Below, in pieces: positions 1-12,270 of a stretch of 64,000 bases of DNA (positions within the stretch are counted from its first letter, which is position 1; the number at the start of each line of letters is the position of its first letter). The notes below the pieces were generated by a model. It was not told where the DNA came from, did not search any database, and saw nothing but the letters and a program-made list of their open reading frames with translations. The stretch spans positions 16,182,001 to 16,246,000 of the forward strand of contig NC_043023.1 in NCBI RefSeq assembly GCF_006345805.1, in the 5' to 3' direction. Source of the DNA: Octopus sinensis (taxonomy: Eukaryota). Made by a program: the position numbers and the translations under genes.

Positions 1-112
1 TCAGTTGAATATGGTACTTAAGTTAAAGGCACCAGAATTTTGTATGGTATTATCCATATAAATCAAATGGGGTGATTATAATCAAAATAAGCAACAAGGA
101 TATCCAAAGGTA

Positions 113-202
113 ATGCAGTACGATCGTTTCATGCGACTTCATTTAATTGAACAATGCAAGTATTACATCAGTTTTAAAACGTAGATCAATCTTCAGCTGC
201 AT
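113..202 (-). ncRNA. Minimal type I hammerhead-ribozyme-like motif (Penelope pLTR-type), stem II degenerate
   Basis: Minus strand reads atgcag-CTGAAGA-(59 nt)-GAAAC-gatc-GTA-ctgcat. Stem I is 6 bp and perfect; stem III is the palindrome ACGATCGT; the triplet is GUA. Confidence 0.55.
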
Positions 203-731
203 ATAAAATATAGAATTTTAGTTAAATTGAAAAGATTCACTTTGGTCGGCCGGTGGCTATAGTAGAAGAGACTTGCCCAAGGTGCCACAAAATTTACATT
301 AGATTAATATAATATAATTTACATTATATTATTATTTACGATTATTTAATGCACACACAAGTAAAACGGGGGGATGGACGGAAGTTTTTCCTAAAACCAT
401 AACTACAGAAATAAAAAAAAAATTTGCAAGGAAATTTTTTTCATAATCATAATCTCCGTATTTTTCCGCATATTTTGAAAAAAAATTGTGAAAAAAAATT
501 AATGAAGTGGATGCGGTGTTAATCCGAAAACATTTTTTCAAAATACTTTTTTCAAGGAGAGGTGCGAAACTGCATTAGCCCGCCAAAATGCGGAGAAAGC
601 AACGGTGTGGTGAGGAGAGAACTTCCGGAAAATTCACAAGATCCGAGTTCTTCCCTCGTTTAGGAAAATGGCTTTTTTTTTTTTTTTATGAAATTTCATA
701 TAAATAATTTTCAAAAGACATAGATTACGAT

Positions 732-1215
732 TTACTCTTTTACTTGTTTCAGTCATTTTGACTGCGGCCATGCTGGAGCACCGCCTTTAATCGAGCAGCT
801 TGACCCCGGGACTTATTCTTTTGTAAGCCCAGTACTTATTCTATCGGTCTCTTTGGCCGAACCACTAAGTTTACTCTTTTACTTGTTTCAGTCATTTTGA
901 CTGCAGCCATGCTGGAGCACCGCCTTTAATCGAGCAACTCGACCCCGGGACTTATTCTTTTGTAAGCCCAGTATTTATTCTATCGGTCTATTTTGCCAAA
1001 CCACTAAGTTTACTCTTTTACTTGTTTCAGTCATTTGACTGCGGCCATGCTGGAGCAGCGCCTTTAATCGAGCAAATCGACCCCGGGACTTATTCTTTTG
1101 TAAGCCCAGTACTTATTCTATCAGTCTCTTTTGCCGAACCACTAGGTAACGGGGACATAAACACACCAGCATCGGTTGTCAAGCAATGCTAGGGGGACAA
1201 ACACAGACACACAAA
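732..1215 (-). mobile_element. SINE family A, 3' part with tail segment repeated three times
   Basis: Three tandem copies of TTACTCTTTTACTTGTTTCAGTCA...GCCGAACCACTAAG, the reverse complement of the family tail seen in 10 or more copies in the window. Confidence 0.85.
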
Positions 1216-1337
1216 CACGCATATATATATATATATATCAATATAAGGGTAACAAAAAATTCAAGAAAAATTTTCTGCCACCAGCGGTCAAGTGAGAAAA
1301 TAGAAATAGTCACAGACTATATGATACATTCAACAAA

Positions 1338-1590
1338 ATATTAAGGAATGACCCTGATTTAATTTAATTTAATTAAATTTGATTGCGTGAAGATGTTGAA
1401 ACCTTGCAGGATTTAATTTAATTTAATTAAATTTGATTGCGTGAAGATGTTGAAACCTTGCAGGGTACAAAGTTTGAAGGGGATAAATGTTTTTATTTTC
1501 CTCTAGTTTCAGAATTACTACTATTTTTTGCGGTTTTGAGTTTTAGCTGCTCTTTTCAAGTGAGTCGAACGACCTTCTCAGGGTCATTCC

Positions 1591-1597
<7 letters not shown>
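1338..1597. repeat. Fold-back element with 20-bp perfect inverted ends, an internal 54-bp duplication and a degenerate hammerhead-like centre
   Basis: ATATTAAGGAATGACCCTGA at 1338-1357 and its reverse complement at 1578-1597. Direct repeat at 1356-1409/1410-1463. Centre reads GTGAAGA-tgtt-GAAAC-cttgcagg-GTA at 1441-1467. Confidence 0.6.
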
Positions 1598-1639
<42 letters not shown>

Positions 1640-1641
<2 letters not shown>

Positions 1642-1802
1642 GAAGGGCTTCTTTCAGTTTCCGTCTACCAAATCCACTCACAAGGCTTTGGTCGGCTCGA
1701 GGCTATAGTAGAAGACACTTGCCCAAGGTGCCACGCAGTGGGACCGAACCCGGAACCATGTGTTTGGTAACCAAGCTACTTACCACACAGCCACTCCTGC
1801 GA
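1640..1802 (-). mobile_element. SINE family A head (tRNA-like, pol III boxes)
   Basis: Reverse complement of GCAGGAGTGGCTGTGTGGTAAGTAGCTTG...GGTTCCGGGTTCGGTCCCACTGCG. Confidence 0.85.
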
Positions 1803-2110
1803 TTATAAAAATAAAATCTTTTTTCGAGGGGGTGGGGAGAGGACTTCGAAAAATTCACAAGATCAGATGTCTTTCCCTCATAACTGTTAAGGAAAAGGGG
1901 TTTTTTAGATGAAATTTTGTATATCTTTCAAACAGCATACATTACGGTTATAAAGAAATTTTGGGGGGAAATCTTGAGGTGGGGGTAGGATTTTCTGAAA
2001 ATTTTATTTTTATTTCGTTTCCGGGTAATATTGTGGCGGAGGTAAAGACAGTGGACCGCACCCCTTTGAGATTTTTTTTTCTCCTTTTTTTACAGGAACC
2101 CACTATATCG

Positions 2111-2515
2111 AGGCGGCGAGCTGGCAGAAACGTTAGCACGCCGGGCGAAATGCTTAGCGGTATTTCGTCTGCCGCTACTTTCTGAGTTCAAATTCCGCCG
2201 AAGTCGACTTTGCCTTTCATCCTTTCGGGGTCGATAAATAAAGTACCAGTTACGCACTGGGTCGATGTAATCGACTTAATACTTTTGTCTGTCCTTGTTT
2301 GTCCCCTCTATGTTTAGCCCCTTGTGGGTAGTAAAGAAACAGAAATAGGTATTTCGTCTGCCGCTACGTTCTGAGTTCAAATTCCGCCGAGGTCGACTTT
2401 GCCTTTCATCCTTTCGGGGTCGATAAATAAAGTACCAGTTTCGCACTGGGTCGATGTAATCGACTTAATCCGTTTGTCCCCTCTATGTTTAGCCCCTTGT
2501 GGGTAGTAAAGAAAT
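2111..2515 (+). mobile_element. SINE family B (GAGCTGGCAGAAACGTTAGCACGCCGGG head) with duplicated body
   Basis: Single head followed by repeated GGTATTTCGTCTGCCGCTACGTTCTGAGTTCAAATTCCGCCGAGGTCGACTTTGCCTTTCATCC units. Confidence 0.8.
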
Positions 2516-3084
2516 ATATATCGAGTGCCGAGATTCCGAATCTGCAACAAAATATCCCAAAGGGGTTGCGGTCCATTGTCGTTACCTCCGCCCATATTGT
2601 AAACATAAACCCTTTTTTCTGAAAGTTACGAGGAAACAAAGTCGTCTCGTGAATTTTCCGAAATTCCTCTCCCCGCCCTCGGGAAAAAAAAAATTCACAA
2701 TAAAATCCGATACCATTAGAATCTACACAACCCGAAGCATATTTATAGAAAATTTCGGTAAAATTTACCAAAATTTCATACAGCGGAACTGAACCCGGAA
2801 CCATGGGATTGAGAAATAAACGTGTTACCTCATAGCTACCCCTATATTAGAAAATTTCGTTAAAAATAAACTCCCTTTTGATGTCTCTTTCGAAATGTGA
2901 TAAATGTAATTTCCTTGCTTACCTGCTACTTCCGCGTTTTCACTCGTTGTACTCATACTCCGATCGTGCAGAATTTCCAACACAAACCCCGGCATTATTG
3001 AGGGCTCGAGTCCTCTAGTATTTTAACTTATTGGTCCTTATTGGGTTTTGTAATAAACTGACCCCGGCGAACAGGTAGAATCGT

Positions 3085-3435
3085 TACACGGTGGGCGAAG
3101 TGCTTAGAGGTATTTCGTCTGCCGTTACGTTCTCAGTTCAAATTCCGCCGAGGTCGACTTTGCCTTTTATCCTTTCGGGGTCGATTAAATAAGTACCAGT
3201 TACGCACTGGAGTCAATATAATCGCCTTAATCCCTTTGTCTTTCCTCGTTTGTCCTCTCTGTGTTTAGCCCCTTGTGGGTAGTAAAGAAACAGAAATAGG
3301 TATTTCGTTTGCCGTTAAGTTCTGAACTCAAACTCCGCCGAGGTCGACTTCGCCTTCATCCTTTCTAGTTCGATAAATTAGGTCAATCTTACCGACTGGC
3401 CCCTCCCGCAAAATTTCGGGCCTTGTGCCTAGAGT
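3085..3435 (+). mobile_element. SINE family B copy
   Basis: Same body motif, two units, diverged. Confidence 0.75.
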
Positions 3436-5573
3436 AGAAAAGAAGAAAGGGACCTCAGTTTATGATAAAAAGAATAAAGAAGACGTCCAAAGACAGTGAT
3501 AAACGGAAGTAAAAGTTTGGTCATTAGTGGTAAGGAGATCAGTAACTGGATCTTTTCTATTTTGAGGCCAGGACCCCAGATCTTTCTAGTGAACTTATTA
3601 TCTGCGTAGTCTTATCTGTGACGTGGAAAGCAATTGTTTACATTTTGACAAATTGCTTTATCGTAACGTACACAGCTTTTTCAGTTCCCTAGAATTATAT
3701 TTGAAACAAAATAAAAAGAAAAAGATTCATACGCATAAATATCCATCCTTAGACATCAGAAAGATTAGAAATGCAACAAAAATTTAAAATACCGGATTTT
3801 TACCTTTTGAACTTCGTGGAGTATATATAAAATTTGCGTAGATCCTGAGTGCTTATATTTATTTTTATACACACACACATGTATACAAACATATGCATAT
3901 ATATATATATATATATACACCTATACACACATATTCTAATGCATATGCATATATGTGTATATATTTATAATGTGTGTGTATTATAGATGCATGAATTATA
4001 TATATTTATAAAAGATGTTTACATACAATATATATATATGTTATATACATCTATATGTATGTATGAATATATAAGTACCACAGAATTTGAATCAAACTGT
4101 TTTGATCCATACATACACACACACATACATACATACATACACACATACTAAAATTACATCGTTGGAGCAGTAATTTATTTATGTATTTTTTGTTATACAA
4201 TTTATTTTTAAGCTGAATCCCTATCCTGCCATTAACCCCTTTCTTATAAAATAGTTGAAGAATCTGGAGTGTAGGAATTGGGACAGTATTGGAACTTTTA
4301 ACTTCTTGCTCTCTATCTTATGATCTCCGAAATTTAAGAATCTTGTGTTAACTGGGCTCTTATTATTTACTCTGACTCTGCCACCACCTCAATGCAAAGA
4401 CTATCAATATCAGAATCATCTTCACAACCACCACTACAACCATTACTACAACCTCCAATGCCACCACCACAACCCCAAGACCAGGGGTGGATCAATATAG
4501 TTGACATTATTTCCTCCTATAAAATTTTTGGCTATGTACCTTTGTTAAAAATTCTTATTTGTATTAATATAAAGTGCGAGCAAGAGAACATCTGTAGGCT
4601 TTCCTAAACTGTTAATGTGAATGTAGATGATGTCTTTTTTCAACTTGTGTAAATTAATGTCTGATGAGAATGTGATTCCATGTAGAAGCTGCCATTCTTG
4701 AGATAAATGATTGGCTAAAATATTTAGTAAAAGGGTTCTAGCTGTGAGACATGTTAAAGATGATGATGTGGGCTCAGTTTGATATAGTTTACAGCTTACT
4801 AATTCACAGGAATAGTAGTGGGTGTTAGGATTTTTTTTCCCATGTTTTATTTGAACAATTTGGCTGGATAAAGGGGGCTGTATCCTTGCCTTTTGCATTC
4901 CTTCTGAGACAAGAGCTGTGCCTTCAAAACTGGTAAGATTGACGTAGTTGATCTTGAATAAAATGTGTGGATGGCTGCAGAGGAAATAACATGGACAAGG
5001 GAATTTCAGAAGGATGACAATCTGGTATGAAAGAATTTAATGCTTAGTTTGCAGGTGAATTACATGCTACGTGATCTTCGAGCCTTTTGCCGCCAGATGC
5101 TGTAACATGGTTTGTATCCAATATAGTAGTACCACCACTATTGCAATTATGGCCTGAAATATGTGGTACCAGTGTGATAAAATAAGATAATGCAGCAGCA
5201 ATAACAACATAACTATCTCTTAAGAATGAACAAACCAACCCACACTCTCGAACTTCACTATGAAATAACACAAACTATATACACTCTCTCGGTTCAGTCC
5301 ATTCCTCACAAGAGGGTACCTTGGCTCTCATCACAACACTGAGAGTGTAAGAGGTTGCTAACTTTGTTCTGCTGACAAATTTCCATTTATTTATTCTTAA
5401 GCTTCTCTTACTGCTGGAAACCACCTCTGCCTGGTACTGGCATTTATGTGAACAATGTAGACAATTGACAAGTATCAAATGCCACAATACATAAATTCAT
5501 TATTTATTAAAATTATTTTCAATTGTAGAAGTATCATAATTACTAAATGCTAATCGATTAGCATATTCAGGGC

Positions 5574-6050
5574 CATTTAGTCACCTACCAATCTGGTAGA
5601 CACACTAGTCAAATTGACTACATCCTCACTAGGAAACAGGAAAGACGACTACTTGTAAATGCCCAAACTTTCCCAGGGGAAGAATGTACCCCACAATATA
5701 GATTAGTAGTTAGCGACTTCAGGATCAGGGCTAAATGGATGCCCAGAAGACGACCAGAATGGAGGAGAAGGGTCTGGAAGCTTAAGGATCCTGCAAAAAG
5801 AGATTGAGAGACATATTACTCAAAGCTGTGGAAGACAACTGGAGTTTTCTACAGGTCAACCTTTTGGGGGCTAGTGACCAGATCTGTGGATGGTGCAAAG
5901 TCTACTCTCAACCCAAGGTAACGTGGTGGTGGAACAATGTTGTTGACAGGGCTAGTAAGGAAAAGAAACAGGCTTTGAAGGACTGGAAGACCGTTGATAG
6001 CAGGGAATTGTATCAGACTGCCAAAAGGGAAGCTAGGAGATAGGTTTACC
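5574..6050 (+). pseudogene. RTE-clade LINE fragment, end of APE endonuclease and linker
   Basis: Translates as HLVTYQSGRHTSQIDYILTRK...FPGEECTPQYRLVVSDF...WRRRVWKLKDP...WWWNNVVDRASKEKKQALKDWK...YQTAKREARR. Confidence 0.8.
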
Positions 6051-7875
6051 AACAGATGATGGATGCCTTAATTTCTGGTGCTGCTCCAGCTTAACTTTCT
6101 TCATGGAATAATTTGTCATGATGGCATTATATTCAAGATACATAGGTTTTGAGTCTACAGATACAAAACCAAACATGATAAAATCTTCTTTGCATTTCTT
6201 CAGTTTTGCCTTTTTAGCAGTTGGTTCAGTTATTATTACAACTGATCATAAAAAAAATAAAAATAATCAATATTTTATTTCTATAAATTTAAAGTATCAA
6301 ATTTATTATTAAACAATATTATGTAGTGATCTATTAAAAATATCGAATTTATTATGAAACTGTTGTGATTATAAAATTTAAATTATGTAGTTCTTGATTG
6401 TAATATATCATTGATTATATATTATACATCATTGATTCTTATGGAATAATTATTGAATTTTGTTTTCTTATTATTATTCTGTCTTCATATAAATTATTAT
6501 TAACTAACAGTGTCTTTATTATCGAACAATATTGTGTAGATCTGAAATGGCTTCAATTTTTTATGGCTACGAATTCTCTGGGGACCACTGGTAGGTTCCA
6601 GGGACCACATTGGGAATCACTGCTTTAAACAATACTGGATGAAATGAATATTGAAATTATTTACAAATTTTGTTATTACATGAAACATGTTATAATTTAC
6701 AAGTTCCAGTAGAATATGTGACAAAGATAATATTCCTAGCTGAACTTATCCCCTTTAATTTTCTTGTACCAGAAACTTCCAACCCCAGCCAATATTAACG
6801 CCAGATAACTTACGCAGGACATTTTCATAATAAAGAAGAAAAAATTAAAAGGCTTTCATCTTTTTCTTTTAAACAAAAGAATTTTTATAAAGATATATAT
6901 AAAGGATAGCTTTATGGTTGAAAAATTTGCTTCACACCCATGGGTTTCTGGGTTCAATTATGCTGTATGGTATATTGGGTAAGTGTCTTTTACTGTAGTC
7001 TTAGGTTGATCAATGTCATGTGAGTCAAATTGGGAGAATGATTCTATGAAGAAGCCCGCAAGATGTGTTTGTGTGTATGTGTGTGTGTTCATTTACATGT
7101 TTACTACTCTAGTATACTAGGCTATCAAAGGTTACTTTCAATGAACAGGCATCGTTAAAATGGGACCCTGCCCTATGTTTGAAATTATCTCTAATATTGA
7201 TAGGGTCAATGAAAGACACCCAAAGACAGTGCCTGAGCATGGTCATAGCACACTGACTGAAATTAATAAAAGAAGAAACAATTCTAGGTTTCAAAACATT
7301 TTTTAATGATAAACATCCAAATGTAAAGACAATGTTAAATGACTTTTCCCGGTGTAAATGTATGCATACATGCATAAATGGAATTTCCTTCTAAGTAGAA
7401 GTTCACCCGAAACAAAAGTCATGGAAATTATTAGGATGAATATTCTTTGGGTGGGAGATCAGAATAAATAAAAGAATACAAGTGAATGTGTCATGTAAAG
7501 TGGGATGGGTGGGTTGGTGAGGTGCACAGCTGCCTTCAGAGACAACAGTAAAAAATCTTTGGTTTCATAATGGTTGAATCATTCGCCCAAAACAATGAGA
7601 TTTTTGTTTCTTTTTTAAGACATGTAATAGTAGACATGTAGTGGGGGAATACTTATATTGATAGGAATCATTAATTAACAAGAAAATAATTATACATACA
7701 TACACACACACATATATATATATATACAAAATGAGAAAATGGAGAAATATATCCAAATCAATCATCAACCATCAGATAATACCGAATCAATACTTTATTA
7801 AACCACTACACAATAGCAATGATATTATACATTAATATAGTGCAAATATAACAAGACATAGAAATACATTTACAT

Positions 7876-7989
7876 TGTAGCTGACAGCTGTTTCGGCCGT
7901 GAAGACAGGTATGTCCCATTTAACCTATTAGCCATATAAAGCAGGTATAAATGAGACATTAACAAGAATATCTCACGGCCTCTTCAGAG
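7876..7989 (-). ncRNA. Hammerhead-ribozyme-like motif with 70-nt stem II loop; 5' strand of stem I mostly lost
   Basis: Minus strand reads ct-CTGAAGA-ggccgtga-(70 nt)-tcacggcc-GAAAC-agct-GTC-agctaca. Stem II is 8 bp and perfect, stem III is the palindrome ACAGCTGT, and an AATAAA lies downstream. Confidence 0.6.
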
Positions 7990-8805
7990 AATTTAATGCA
8001 AGTATGAAAAAAATTTACATATAAATATAAATATGTGTGCATACACACTCATATTCTTACATATATATATATACACAATAATACAATATAAACAATATAG
8101 ATCAATATACATCAACAAACACAATAATGTTCCATATTGAACTCCACAGTTCCATAACCAACATCAAGAAACCACATGTACACTCACACTCAAAGCAGGC
8201 ATATATATTGAACAGTCCAATATATTAAAATGTGCCATTTCACAAAAAGTCAATAAAATTAATATCACCACGACTGATACATATATATTTCAATCATATA
8301 TATACATATATCATATGTATATATACATATAAATATCATCAAATGCATGTATGTATCTGAATATGTCTTGTTTGATTTACATGTTTTTCGAGTCAAGTAT
8401 GTTTTAAATTAAAAAATGATTGAAGTATTCTTTCACAACCAGATGCCTTTCCTGTCATTAACACTTGACTGTGTTTTAAATAAGGAATCTCTTGATTACA
8501 CATGTCTTGAAAGGCTTGAAGTAAGCAGACAATTTGTCAACCAGAGAAATGACAACAGCAAACCTTGTAGCTTGCAACTTTTATAGAGCACAAACATAAA
8601 CAGATATACACACATATTATATAGATAGATTTCTTACAGGTTCCATCTATCAAATTCACTCACAAGGATTTGGTCAATCTTGGCTATCATAAGTGATACT
8701 TGGCGAAGTTTGCCATGCACTGGGACTGAACTCAAAACCATATGATTAAGAAGGGAACTACGTGCCTGTGCCTTCTATCAGTCTTTCTGTACATATGTAT
8801 GCGTG

Positions 8806-8853
<48 letters not shown>

Positions 8854-9158
8854 TATAGTATGTAGATAGGCTTGTAATCGAAGCCGTGTCCTCGTGAAGC
8901 ACACCTGTATATTCCAGTATGCCAATATTGTATGTAGATGTTATAATTGTGTGAGGTATGTATAAGAGTAGAAAAATATTGGAAAATAATATTTGCAGAG
9001 TAATTACGCATCAAAACAGTAGAGTGGAAAATATTTTTAGTATTATTTATTCACCATTGCGCATGTTTCATTTGCTAGTACGAGTTAGAATATTATACAT
9101 GTAAGAGAAAATTATAAAATATCTCTTATTAAAAACTCCTCAGACAGCGAATCAATTA

Positions 9159-10391
9159 TCAGATTGAATAAAAAATAAGCAACGTTTTGAACCATGAAGA
9201 ATTTGTACCAGATTTTTGCAGGGTTTTGAATTTTTGTTAAACATTTTTTTGCAGTTGTCTGATAATACAGATATAAACTTACCCAAATGCATCAATAAAT
9301 TAACATTTATATTTTTTTTCCCCATTCATACAATCATCTGAAAGGGAACTGTGAAAGTGCGATATTTGAGCAGTTTTGCAATTCAACTTCAAAAAAGGAT
9401 GTAAAGCAGCTAAAACTGTTCATGATATCAATGAAACATTTGGTGGGGAAATGACCAGTGAGAGGTCAGCTTGAAAATGGTTTAAATGATTTTGCAGATT
9501 GTGAGCATTATGGACGCCCATCTGTCATCGATGACAGTCAAGTAGAGACTGTCATTGAGAAAGATCCATATAAAACCACTTGAGAACTGGCAAAAGAACT
9601 TCAAGTTAGTCAGAAAACTGCCTGCAACCATTTTCCTGCAATCAGAAAATCAAAAAAGCTCGACAAATTTGAATGAAAATCAGAAAATGCTTATTGCTTC
9701 TTCTCCGCAACCAGACCAATCCATTTCTTGACCATATTGTAACTTGCAATGAAAAGTGGATTCTGTACAATAAAAAACGTTCTTTGCAGTGGTTGGAGCA
9801 AAATGAAGCACCAAAATCCTTCCCTAAACCCAAGCTCTTCAAAAAGAAGGTTATGGTGACTGCTTGGTGGTGTACTTTTGGAATCATCCATTATAACTTT
9901 TTAAAATCTGGAAAAAACATTACTGCAGAAACATATTGTCATGAAATTGCCAAAATGAAAGAAAAACCGCTAGTCCTCTGTCCCAGACTGGTCAACAGAA
10001 GAGGGCCAATCATTCTTCATAACAATGCTCGACCATAAATTTCACTAATGATGCTCCAAAAGTTGAAGGAACTTGGCTATGAATTTCTTCCCCACCCAGC
10101 TTATTCCCCAGACCTTTCTCCTACCGACTACCACTTTTTCAAGCACCTTGATGGTTTCCTGAAAGAGAAGGAGTTCAAAAATCAAACTGATGCTGAAACT
10201 GTGTTCAAGGAGTTCATCAGCTCCAGAACTCCAGATTTTTATGTTACCAAAATAAACAAACTTGTAACTCATTGGCACAAATGTGTTGATTGTAATGGTA
10301 CTTACTTTGATGAATAAAATTTCCACATTGCTGAAATATATTGTGATGAATTTCATGTTTCAAAACGTTGCTTACTTTTTACTCAGCATGA
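9159..10391 (+). mobile_element. Full-length decayed mariner (DD34D-type) transposon
   Basis: Imperfect TIRs of about 33 bp (TCAGATTGAATAAAAAATAAGCAACGTTTTGAA; right end ...AAACGTTGCTTACTTTTTACTCAGCATGA) flanked by TA. Transposase motifs IVTCNEKWILY, LHNNARP and HPAYSPDLSPTDYHFF. In-frame stop at 10036-10038 and a decayed HTH. Confidence 0.9.
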
Positions 10392-10782
10392 TAATACTCT
10401 CTAATTTTCTGTCAGAAGACTTTCTAACAGAAGATATCTTACATGTTTCTCTGTTAAATACAATTTTGTAACCCCTATTAGTAAATGAAACATGTGTAAT
10501 GGTGAATAAATAATACCAAAAATTTTTTCTTATCTCCTGTTTTGATATATGTATATGTTATATTATATACAAGATATACTATATTATCATTAATTGATGG
10601 ATGCAAAGAAATAAGAAACTTGAAGTAGTCAACTCCAAAATATAGTTGGGGTAGGTAGAATGGGGAAGTAAATGTCAATAAGAACTAACTCAGTCTTGCC
10701 AAACAGATGCCAGGACCAAAAAGTGATGATGATGATGATCATATATATATATATATATATATATGATAATATGGCGTAAAAG

Positions 10783-11090
10783 AAAGAAAGTGGTAAATCT
10801 AGTTGAGTTGCTCATGAAGATAACATGGATGCCGCCCAAGCTCAAAAGATTGGCTGTTATGAAAACCTCCTAGAGGAATGTGAAGACACAGGCTGGAAAG
10901 CAGAGCATTTTTCAATCAAAGTTGGATGTAGAGGGTTTGTTGGACTCAGTGTGAAGTGACTATTGCCATCATTGACTTAATTCATCGCAAAGCAAATACC
11001 ACTAGGAGTAATATCCAAACTACACTGGAAAAGGCAAACCACTGGATTTGGTTAGAAAGCAACGATGAGCAATGGCTAGAAGAATATTGA
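10783..11090 (+). pseudogene. C-terminal restriction-like endonuclease of an RLE-type (Hero/R2-like) non-LTR retrotransposon
   Basis: Manual translation gives KKVVNLVEL..AHEDNMDAAQAQKIGCYENLLEECEDTGWKAEHFSIKVGCRGFVG...LEKANHWIWL...W, matching the ELT-x-P-x-E...KY...GW...EVGCRGF...SHWIWL pattern. Confidence 0.65.
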
Positions 11091-11309
11091 GTGAAACCTG
11101 ATGACCAGTTGATCTAGCAAGCAGGGTCTCATTTCAGTGAGGGGTGCCCAATGATGCTGTCAAGAGATAGGTCCCGAAATGGCAGGTATTCTCTCCTAAT
11201 GGCCCATAAACTTGCTAGCATCTGGTATGCAGGGCTTTCAACAGGTAACACTTGCATCTGCATGTTGTTTGCAAAAAAATATTAAAAATATATATTCGAC
11301 CCTGTGCTT

Positions 11310-11693
11310 GAGGAAACCTATTGAGTCAAGTACATCAACATCAAAAATCAATGGAAATTGTAGTTGTGATCCCTGTGCCGGTGGCATGTCAAAAGCACCG
11401 TCCGGATGTGGCCAATGCCAGCGCCGCCTTCACTGGCTTCCATGCTGGTGGCATGTAAAAACCACCAATCCAATCGTGGCCATTGCCAGCCTCGCCTGGC
11501 ACCTGTGCCACTGGCACGTAAAAAGTACCCACTACACTCACGGAGTGGTTGGCATTATGAAGGGCATCCAGCTGTAGAAACACTGCCAGATGAGACTGGA
11601 GCCTGGTGCAGCCTTCTGGCTTCCCAGATCCCGGTTGAACCGTCCAACCCATGCTAGCATGGAAAACGGACGTTCAAACGATGATGATGATAT
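11310..11693 (+). mobile_element. RTE LINE 3' end (UTR with GC-rich internal repeats and (GAT)n tail)
   Basis: CTGTGCTTGAGGAAACC (ORF-end-like) ... GAAGGGCATCCAGCTGTAGAAAC ... CATGCTAGCATGGAAAACGGACG..AAACGATGATGATGAT. Confidence 0.7.
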
Positions 11694-12270
11694 TCATGAT
11701 CCGCACTTTTCTATGCTGGCATTAGTTGGGCAGAACTGAGCCAGTACCTCCACCTCCACTCCCAACATAAGTTTCGTGTCTGGATTTAACACCAACCACC
11801 TTACAAAAAAATGTTTTTGTGGGTGTGTGAGGGTGTAGTTAGTATAACAAATAGAGGAAAAACTATTCACATATAGTAGGGGGTAACATATTTTAGTTGA
11901 TCCAGTAGCATCATAGACAATGTCTTTGTGTTTGTCCCTATCCAAATTAACAATTGGTGTGTTGTTTTGTTTATGTCCTTGCAACTTCACGGTTTAGCAA
12001 ACGACACTGATAAATAACAAACTTAAAAATATGTAGTGGGCGCAATTAGTTTCACTAAACCTTTCAAGGTGGTTGCCCCATCATGGGCCACAGTTCAATA
12101 ACTGAAACAAGTAAAGAGGTAGGTAATGTATGAATGTGTATATATAAGAACTACACATACAAACCTATCTGTAGATAGAATAACAAAAAGAGAGGAGAGA
12201 CACAGGCAGTAATAGAGAAGCTAGTTATATTAGTCAGCAATGTTAGACTTTTGAGAAAATCTAAAATATA

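Noticed and set aside
4392-5487. Pro/Gln-rich ORF and neighbouring short ORFs as exons of a host gene
   Set aside because: Low complexity and no recognisable domain or convincing splice structure. This may be very old TE debris.
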